Source: an uncultured Oscillospiraceae bacterium
Lineage (GTDB): Bacteria; Bacillota; Clostridia; Acetivibrionales; DTU013
Length of the DNA: 64,000 nt
NCBI GenBank assembly: GCA_964587755.1
Contig: CAZPMC010000002.1
Coordinates: 58,514-122,513, forward strand
Direction of reading: 5' to 3'
Shown here: piece after piece, positions 58,008 through 64,000 of the stretch
How the letters are laid out: every line of letters begins with the position of its first letter
How positions within the stretch are numbered: position 1 is the first letter of the stretch
Notes under the pieces: generated by a model
The model's database searches: none
What the model saw: the letters and a program-made list of their open reading frames with translations, nothing else
What the model was told of the DNA's origin: nothing
Position numbers and translations under genes: made by a program

Positions 58008-59417
58008 TTGCATAGCAACAGTATGTTAGACATCAATAATATAAAAAAAGTGCACTTTGTTGGTATCGGTGGTATCAGCATGAGCGGACTTGCAGAAATA
58101 CTTCTCCATCAAGGCTTTACCGTTAGCGGATCCGATGAGAAATCGTCCCCTATAGTTCAAAAGCTGGAGAAATTAGGAATAAAAATAACTATAGGCCATT
58201 TTGCGCAGAATGTTAAGGGAGTAGATTTGGTCGTGTATACCGCTGCTGTGCGCGAGGACAACCCAGAGCTTAAAGCTGGTGCCCAGGCCGGTATTCCATG
58301 CATTGACAGGGCTACCCTTTTAGGTGAAATAATGAAAGGTTATCCTGGAAGCATCGCCGTTTCAGGCACTCACGGCAAAACCACCACTACCTCCATGATC
58401 TCATTGATTATGCTGGAGGAAGGATTTGACCCTACTGTCCACTTAGGAGGAGAGCTGGATGCAATTGGCGGGACCACAAGAATAGGCGGGACAGATTATT
58501 TTATTGCAGAAGCTTGCGAGTATACTGGCAGCTTCCTTAAGCTCCACCCTTATCTTGCGGTAATTTTAAATATCGAACTCGATCATGTTGATTACTTTCA
58601 AAATATAGATCATATACGGGATACATTCCTTAGCTTCGCAAGGCTCGTTCCTGAAAACGGCTGGCTTTTAGCCTGCGGAGACGATCCAAGTATTTTGGAA
58701 ATAGCAAAGCGGGTTTCCTGCCAAAAGGTTACATTCAGTATGTTTGACGAAAGCTGCACCTGGAGTGCAAGGGATATCACTTTTGACGAAATGGGCTGTG
58801 CCGAATACACATTGCTTCATGACAAAGAACCATTATTAAGAATAAAGCTAAATGTTCCCGGTCTTCACAACGCCAGCAATTCCCTTGCAGCTATAGCCGC
58901 CTGCTGCACAATGGGAGTAAGCGCCCAATCAGCTGCAAAAGCACTATTAAGATTTAGAGGTACTCATAGGCGTTTTGAGAAAAAGGGTACCCGTAATGGC
59001 GTTACAGTCATTGACGATTATGCACACCACCCGACAGAAGTATCAGAAGCACTCAAAACTGCATATAGATGCAATCATTCCCGGATTTGGTGTGTCTTTC
59101 AGCCTCATACATATACACGGACAAAAACTCTTTTGGATGATTTTTCTCATTCCTTTAATTGCGCCGACATCATTATTGTTACTGACATATATGCAGCCCG
59201 TGAGCCCGATTCAGGTGAGATAAACTCTCAGCTTCTTGTGGATAAAATTATACAGCAGGGGAAAAACGCCCTCTACATTAAGGATTTTGAGAGCATTGTC
59301 AATTACCTTGCGAAAAATACCCAGGAGGGTGACCTTGTTATAACAATGGGCGCGGGAGACATCTATAAGGTTGGCGAACTTTTCCTGAGTATCAAAGAGC
59401 CTTTAGCTGTTAGCTGA
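58008..59417 (+). CDS. murC: UDP-N-acetylmuramate--L-alanine ligase
   Basis: 469 aa. VHFVGIGGISMSGLAE, SGTHGKTTTTSM, DDYAHHPTE. TTG start after GGGAG; an alternative ATG is at 58023. Confidence 0.93.
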   Translation: MHSNSMLDINNIKKVHFVGIGGISMSGLAEILLHQGFTVSGSDEKSSPIVQKLEKLGIKITIGHFAQNVKGVDLVVYTAAVREDNPELKAGAQAGIPCIDRATLLGEIMKGYPGSIAVSGTHGKTTTTSMISLIMLEEGFDPTVHLGGELDAIGGTTRIGGTDYFIAEACEYTGSFLKLHPYLAVILNIELDHVDYFQNIDHIRDTFLSFARLVPENGWLLACGDDPSILEIAKRVSCQKVTFSMFDESCTWSARDITFDEMGCAEYTLLHDKEPLLRIKLNVPGLHNASNSLAAIAACCTMGVSAQSAAKALLRFRGTHRRFEKKGTRNGVTVIDDYAHHPTEVSEALKTAYRCNHSRIWCVFQPHTYTRTKTLLDDFSHSFNCADIIIVTDIYAAREPDSGEINSQLLVDKIIQQGKNALYIKDFESIVNYLAKNTQEGDLVITMGAGDIYKVGELFLSIKEPLAVS

Positions 59418-59426
59418 TTCTTAATT

Positions 59427-59879
59427 TCAGGCGTTCACTTTTGTCATGGCAAAGCTAATAGTGCCTTCTGCCGCAGTCTTTCCATCAACAGATGCATTAA
59501 CCTTTGCCTTTACTACCCCCATCTTAGCTGTGAGGACTTCAGCCTCCAGGCGGAGTGTATCTCCTGGAACCACTTGCTTCTTGAACTTCATCTCATTGAT
59601 GCTTGCGAAAACACCAAGCTTTTTCTCCGGAATCTCTTCTCCGGCATTTAAAGCATCAGCATTTGCAGCAATACCCGCTGTTTGAGCAAGAGCCTCTACT
59701 ATAAGAACCCCCGGCATTATTGGATATTCCGGAAAATGCCCTTGAAAGAACGGTTCGTTGGTTGTAACATTTTTAATTCCTACTGCACTTTTCCCCGGCG
59801 TAAGCTCAATTATTTTATCAACCAACAGAAAAGGATATCTGTGGGGAATTATTTTTCTGATTTCTACATTTGTAAGCAT
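59427..59879 (-). CDS. fabZ: 3-hydroxyacyl-ACP dehydratase FabZ
   Basis: The ATG at 59879 (GAGGTG RBS) gives 150 aa. IPHRYPFLLVDKI...FFQGHFPEYPIMPGVLIVEALAQ. Confidence 0.92.
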   Translation of the reverse strand: MLTNVEIRKIIPHRYPFLLVDKIIELTPGKSAVGIKNVTTNEPFFQGHFPEYPIMPGVLIVEALAQTAGIAANADALNAGEEIPEKKLGVFASINEMKFKKQVVPGDTLRLEAEVLTAKMGVVKAKVNASVDGKTAAEGTISFAMTKVNA

Positions 59880-59895
59880 AAATACACCTCGTAAT

Positions 59896-60486
59896 TTATT
59901 TTTCCAATGCCTTGTACCCTTTAACAACCTCGGGAATTATTTCATCAATAAAGTATTTTGCGCTTATCAGGTCTGACTCAGAAAGGCTTTCCATAATCTT
60001 ATGATATTTAGTCGCAAAGGGCTCAAGATTATTCAGCTTTACCTCTCCTATACATTCCATAAGAGCGTCTATGTAATCAGCACATTTAAGAATTTTTCCT
60101 TCGATGGTGTCGTCCTTACCGTCGAGCAAAATATCCCTGTATATGCTTTTATATGGTTCCTCCATGCTGGAAAGCAGATTCTCTTCAGCTACCTCCTCTT
60201 CCAGGAGAGTCAGCATGTTTCTCAGCTCATCATTTTTATTCTTTACAGTGCTTATAATATCTCCTGTGAGTGCTTCGACTACATCATGGTTTAAAAGCTT
60301 CTTAAAAAGTATTTCCCAGTCGATAGTGTTCCCGTTTTGCTCTTCGATAAGCGCCATCATTTGACCAATCTGGCAGACAAAAAAAGAGTGCTCGCTGACC
60401 GTCGTCCTCTGATGCATGAAGTCTGTAGACCATCTGCCCATATTGTTTAGCTTTCGCACAGTCATCAAATAGTTATGCAAACTCAT
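59896..60486 (-). CDS. HD-domain hydrolase (YfbR-like 5'-deoxynucleotidase type)
   Basis: 196 aa. RWS...VSEHSFFV, LNHDVVEALTGDI, and KCADYIDAL metal-ligand pattern. Confidence 0.7.
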   Translation of the reverse strand: MSLHNYLMTVRKLNNMGRWSTDFMHQRTTVSEHSFFVCQIGQMMALIEEQNGNTIDWEILFKKLLNHDVVEALTGDIISTVKNKNDELRNMLTLLEEEVAEENLLSSMEEPYKSIYRDILLDGKDDTIEGKILKCADYIDALMECIGEVKLNNLEPFATKYHKIMESLSESDLISAKYFIDEIIPEVVKGYKALEK

Positions 60487-60564
60487 ATATAGCCTCCCCT
60501 CTTCTGCTGTGTTGAATAATACGTTATAAGCAGAGTCTATATAAAGTATACACCAAAAGGTCGG

Positions 60565-61602
60565 CTAAATGCGAGTAACTGAGTCTCTTTCAATCAAGCT
60601 GCATTCAATTTTTAAATGGTGTTCCTTGTTTTTATTTTTATAAGCACCTGTTATCATGCTAAGAATAATTTCCGTGGCTTTCTGGCCGATTTCAAAAAGC
60701 GGCAGGGACACGGTTGAAAGCTTTGGTCTAACAACTTCTCCAATCTCTCTGTTGTCAAAGCCCATCAGCGATAAATCCTTTCCCACCGCTATTCCTGTTT
60801 CGTTGCAATAGTCTATTACACCACATGCCATTTCATCGTTATTGCAAAAAATCGCCGTAACTCCTCGATCCATCAATGGTTTACACAGGTTGTAGCCTGA
60901 TTCTCTCTCCCAATTACCATACATAACAAGGTTTGGATTGTAAAATATGGAGCTGTCATAAAGCGCCTTCTGATAGCCCAAAAGCCTGTTCTGTGTGTGG
61001 AGGGAGTCAGGCAAACCGCAAATAACCCCAATTTTTGTGTGTCCGTTTTTAATCAACTGAACAGTAGCGTCATAGCCTGCCCTCTTGTCATCATATATTA
61101 CAGAAGGTGTCTCAGGGTTGCTATTATAGCAATAGGCACATACCAGCGGAATCTTTAAATCCTTCGGCAGATACTGTATCTCATGGTTATGGCAGCCTAC
61201 ATAAATAATTCCTTCGACTTGTCTTGAAAGCATGGTCCTAATGGTCGAATTAATAATATGATGGTGTAGATCCGTTTCAAAAAAATCATGCCCGAAGCGC
61301 TTATTAAGCCGCAAATTCCCAAGAATATAGTGGTATCCGTTTTGATCACATGAGTAATCTATACCGTCTACGATTTCCGGAGTATTAAAAACAGTCAAGT
61401 CTTCTGTAATTATTCCTATTGTATCGCTTTTTCTGCTCTTTAAATTCTTCGCTATTATATTTGGTGTATAGTTCATTTCCTTTGCCAGCTTCAATATCCT
61501 GGCTTTAGTCTCCTCGCTTGCACCGCCTCTGTTATTTAAGACCTTTGATACTGTTGCAATTGAAACATTTGCCCGTGCAGCAATTTCTTTAATTGTAGCC
61601 AT
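60565..61602 (-). CDS. LacI family transcriptional regulator
   Basis: 345 aa. HTH MATIKEIAARANVSIATVSKVLNN, then a periplasmic-binding-protein-like sugar-binding domain. Confidence 0.88.
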   Translation of the reverse strand: MATIKEIAARANVSIATVSKVLNNRGGASEETKARILKLAKEMNYTPNIIAKNLKSRKSDTIGIITEDLTVFNTPEIVDGIDYSCDQNGYHYILGNLRLNKRFGHDFFETDLHHHIINSTIRTMLSRQVEGIIYVGCHNHEIQYLPKDLKIPLVCAYCYNSNPETPSVIYDDKRAGYDATVQLIKNGHTKIGVICGLPDSLHTQNRLLGYQKALYDSSIFYNPNLVMYGNWERESGYNLCKPLMDRGVTAIFCNNDEMACGVIDYCNETGIAVGKDLSLMGFDNREIGEVVRPKLSTVSLPLFEIGQKATEIILSMITGAYKNKNKEHHLKIECSLIERDSVTRI

Positions 61603-61717
61603 ATCTTATCCCCTAACTTTTTTAATGCAATAAAGTCATATAAAGAATATACCACTAAAACGTTTAGCTTACAATAGCCTTTAAGAACCGGGGTTAAATA
61701 GTGCGTAAGTCTCCTAA

Positions 61718-61746
61718 TTGCTGGTTTCGCTGGAAAAACGTATAAT
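61718..61746 (+). promoter_or_regulatory. candidate sigma-A promoter for the divergent plus-strand gene
   Basis: TTGCTG-N17-TATAAT. An AAACGTTT palindrome core (61658..61665), typical of LacI/CcpA-type operators, lies about 55 bp upstream. Confidence 0.45.
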
Positions 61747-61791
61747 TAATTGATAAAATATTTTTTGAGAAATTTTCTACGGAGGTGCTAT

Positions 61792-62907
61792 ATGAACGAA
61801 AATATACTGCTTATGTTAAAAGAGCTTAAGGACTCCGAAATTGTCAGACTGCCTCGTTATGGCTATATTAAAAAAAGTACTCTCAAGGATTTATATGGCT
61901 CACCACTGACCTTGCTGTCTGTTTGCAACGGCCTTCTTCGCTACACGGCAATAATCGAAAGAGGTATGGATATTGGCGAAGTTTACTTAAACGAAGAAAA
62001 GGTCAGCTGGGACAGGGATATAAAATATCTTCTTCACCCGGACAATGTTGATTTGACTAAAAATAATGGTACAGGCTGGCTGGATGGCTTTTATCCTGCC
62101 GTTGCCACCATTGGCCCTGAATTATTCGGGACTCCGGGGGAAGGCTATACACTTCACGGCTCAGGCTCCTACTCTCCTGCCGATCCTGCATCCGTCGTTA
62201 TCAGTGTTAATGATAAGGCTGTATCTGTATCAGCCGGAATATTAATAAAGGACTCCTCTCACAAAGGGATATTTGAGAAAAAGGTTAAAATAACAAGCTA
62301 TTTTAATTCCACCTCCTTTTTAAGAGAAGAAGTCACAAAAAATGTTTCCTCTTGTGTAAGAGTGCTTGATGACGGTTTGCACATTCAAATGTGCGGAAGC
62401 TTTTTAGAAAGCGGAGGTACATATGTACTTCCCGTACAGAGCCGTGAAATGCTTATAAGAGATTCCGCTCCCGGCGAAAATGACCCGCTGTACATATACC
62501 CCCTATCAGCAGGTACTGTTCCCATCAGGTGCTACCAGTATGTGCCCCACCCTGTTGCCGGGCTTGAATTAATACCCGGGCTTGGACAAATTATGCCTGA
62601 CTTAGAGAGTGAAATCGGTATAACAGCAGAAATGCTCATAAATTCCGAAAGGAATACCGCAGCCTATGTCATCAGGCCATTAGACTGTTTCCCCCGTTCA
62701 CTAATCGCAAAGGAAATAACTGAAAATCAAATGTTCGCTTTTGAACCGTGTAGAACAAGACCAAACCGTATGTCACAAAAGATAACCGACGGTGAGGCAT
62801 TTTACCTCAAACCCGCCGGTTCCACAAAAACTCAATGTGTTATAGGCGTCACTAAAGACGTAAATGCAATTAACACACTTGAAAAAATAATAAAAGCTGC
62901 AGTTTAA
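61792..62907 (+). CDS. hypothetical protein, LacI-linked (possibly sugar-related; function not recognisable)
   Basis: ORF 61750..62907. The ATG at 61792 follows GGAGGTG. 371 aa with no TM helix. I suspect a mutarotase-like beta-sandwich family but cannot support that from motifs. Confidence 0.5.
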   Translation: MNENILLMLKELKDSEIVRLPRYGYIKKSTLKDLYGSPLTLLSVCNGLLRYTAIIERGMDIGEVYLNEEKVSWDRDIKYLLHPDNVDLTKNNGTGWLDGFYPAVATIGPELFGTPGEGYTLHGSGSYSPADPASVVISVNDKAVSVSAGILIKDSSHKGIFEKKVKITSYFNSTSFLREEVTKNVSSCVRVLDDGLHIQMCGSFLESGGTYVLPVQSREMLIRDSAPGENDPLYIYPLSAGTVPIRCYQYVPHPVAGLELIPGLGQIMPDLESEIGITAEMLINSERNTAAYVIRPLDCFPRSLIAKEITENQMFAFEPCRTRPNRMSQKITDGEAFYLKPAGSTKTQCVIGVTKDVNAINTLEKIIKAAV

Positions 62908-63737
62908 AATGAAAAGTCAATTGAATCAATAAACTTCCTATCCTTGATTATGAATTCATTATCAGGATCATTCCTCTGTAATTCAAGCATTCTAAGGTAT
63001 TTTTCCCCTGCAAGAAATTCAGCCACATCCTGCTTCACTTCCTCATAGCCGGATCTTTTTTCAAGCTTAAGAACATGATATCCATGGACAGTCTGAACTA
63101 CCCCCGTATCACCAGGCTGGGATTTGAGTGCCCAACTTTCGATTTCATTCTGTATGTCCATTGGCACCTTAAATGTGAACTGCCCGTTGTTAGTTTTAAC
63201 ATTGGGGTCATCTGAGTTCTCTAATGCAAGCTGCCCAGCATCAACACCATCCTGCATTTCCTGTAAAACAAAAAATGCTCTGTTTCCGGCTTTAATCTTC
63301 TCTTCCTCAGACAGCTCCTCCCCGGTTTTCAAATCTATAGTCGCAAAAAGAATATCTCTTATGGTGAAATCATCTACATAATCTTTGTTTTTCTCATAAT
63401 AGTCAATCATTTCATCCTCAGAAGATTCTATTGCTTCAATTTCTCGGGCAATCAGCTTTCTGATAAGCCTGACCTTTTTGTATACATCCTCATACTCCCG
63501 GGAGGATACACCAAACATTTTTACAAATTCTTCTTCCCTCTCCCTGTTGTTTTTGCTGACAGAAGCACTGCTTAAAAGCTGCTGCATATAGCCCTTAGCA
63601 TCGTCTAACTCGTCCTTCTCAAGCTTAACACCGGTCTGTTTTGCCTTCCTGAGCTGTATCTTAAATTCCTTTAGTTTGGCGGCAGTTCTTTCCTTAACAA
63701 TATCCTTTGTGCTTCGACCGCCAATATCCTTTATTAG
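62904..63737 (-). pseudogene. 5'-truncated parvulin/PrsA-like foldase paralogue
   Basis: The frame is open from 63737 (in-frame TGA at 63738..63740). The first ATG/GTG/TTG is at 63587, with no SD-like purine run immediately upstream. The product aligns with the 49356..50495 paralogue only from about its residue 85 onward. It lacks the TM anchor but retains the PpiC domain (GVVQTVHGYHVLKLEKR). Confidence 0.55.
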
Positions 63738-63742
63738 TCACA

Positions 63743-63766
63743 AGGAGGGAGATTTCTCTCCCTCCT
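63743..63766. other. perfect 10-bp palindromic hairpin at the truncation point
   Basis: aggagggaga-tttc-tctccctcct. It lies 37 nt downstream of the upstream gene's stop (63804) and abuts the start of the truncated reading frame. Poor T-tract. Confidence 0.6.
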
Positions 63767-63803
63767 CCTAAGCTCGTTTGCAAAAGATGTCGGTTATTAT
63801 GGT

Positions 63804-64000
63804 TTAATATGCTGTTCTTGCAATACTTCCTACTGTAGCTGTATTTTTAACACCCTTTACATAGAAGGTTACATCTTTATCCGAAAGGTTTGCTACCTCC
63901 ACTTCATTTTCAGCAATCACAACCCTTACCCAGTCGCCCCTCCAGAAAAGCTTAAAGCTAATTTTCTTTATTTGCTTGGGAAGGCAAGGATTGAATGTGA
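63804..64000 (-). CDS. C-terminal fragment of a glycoside hydrolase/phosphorylase-like protein (GH65-like C-terminal beta-sandwich); continues beyond the window
   Basis: My own translation of the minus strand gives ..TFNPCLPKQIKKISFKLFWRGDWVRVVIAENEVEVANLSDKDVTFYVKGVKNTATVGSIARTAY, then TAA at 63804..63806. The F-x-P-x-LP...F-K-x-x-x-R-G...V pattern recalls GH65-type C-termini. Not listed in the ORF track (no start in the window). Confidence 0.35.
   Translation of the reverse strand, partial: TFNPCLPKQIKKISFKLFWRGDWVRVVIAENEVEVANLSDKDVTFYVKGVKNTATVGSIARTAY

Noticed and set aside
1-64000. Prophage, transposon, integrative element, toxin-antitoxin or defence-island signatures
   Set aside because: No integrase, transposase, recombinase, phage structural, restriction-modification or cas-like proteins were recognised in any frame. 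The only accessory-looking block is the glycosylation island.

Overview
This is a 64-kb chromosomal segment from a low-GC, flagellated, endospore-forming Firmicute. Gene content and order look Clostridia/Bacilli-like (spoIIE, spoVT, spoVG, sigI-rsgI, comF-yvyF-flgM-flgN-flgK-flgL-fliW-csrA-flagellin). All but three genes are on the minus strand. Positions 1 to about 17 kb are an accessory flagellin-glycosylation island that runs off the left edge. It holds pseB and pseI (pseudaminic acid) and the front end of a CDP-glucose to 3,6-dideoxyhexose route: rfbF, rfbG and an E1-type rfbH with His-for-Lys and a Cys cluster. It also holds an extended SDR, an acetolactate-synthase-family ThDP enzyme (YerE-like candidate), two tandem paralogous three-domain proteins of unknown function, a 1235-aa TPR-GT4-GT2-GT2 protein, a GT2-TPR protein and a small coupled ORF. 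Next come three tandem ~235-aa flagellin genes. The middle copy is a perfect hybrid of its neighbours (816-bp period), and each copy has a CsrA-type GGA hairpin plus SD leader. They are followed by fliW-csrA and the late flagellar block, which has two flgK paralogues. The remaining ~37 kb is mostly housekeeping: recD2, HD-GYP, metK with a SAM-I riboswitch, ftsH, hpt, tilS, dnaB, rplI, gdpP, pheA, rpsR-ssb-rpsF, spoIIE, sigI-rsgI, spoVT, mfd, pth, prs, a GlmU lacking its acetyltransferase half, spoVG, purR, murC and fabZ. It ends in a small sugar-related locus with a 5'-truncated PrsA-like gene. I recognised no rRNA, tRNA, CRISPR, transposase, integrase or defence genes. All functional calls come from motif recognition in the supplied translations, and none was checked against a database.
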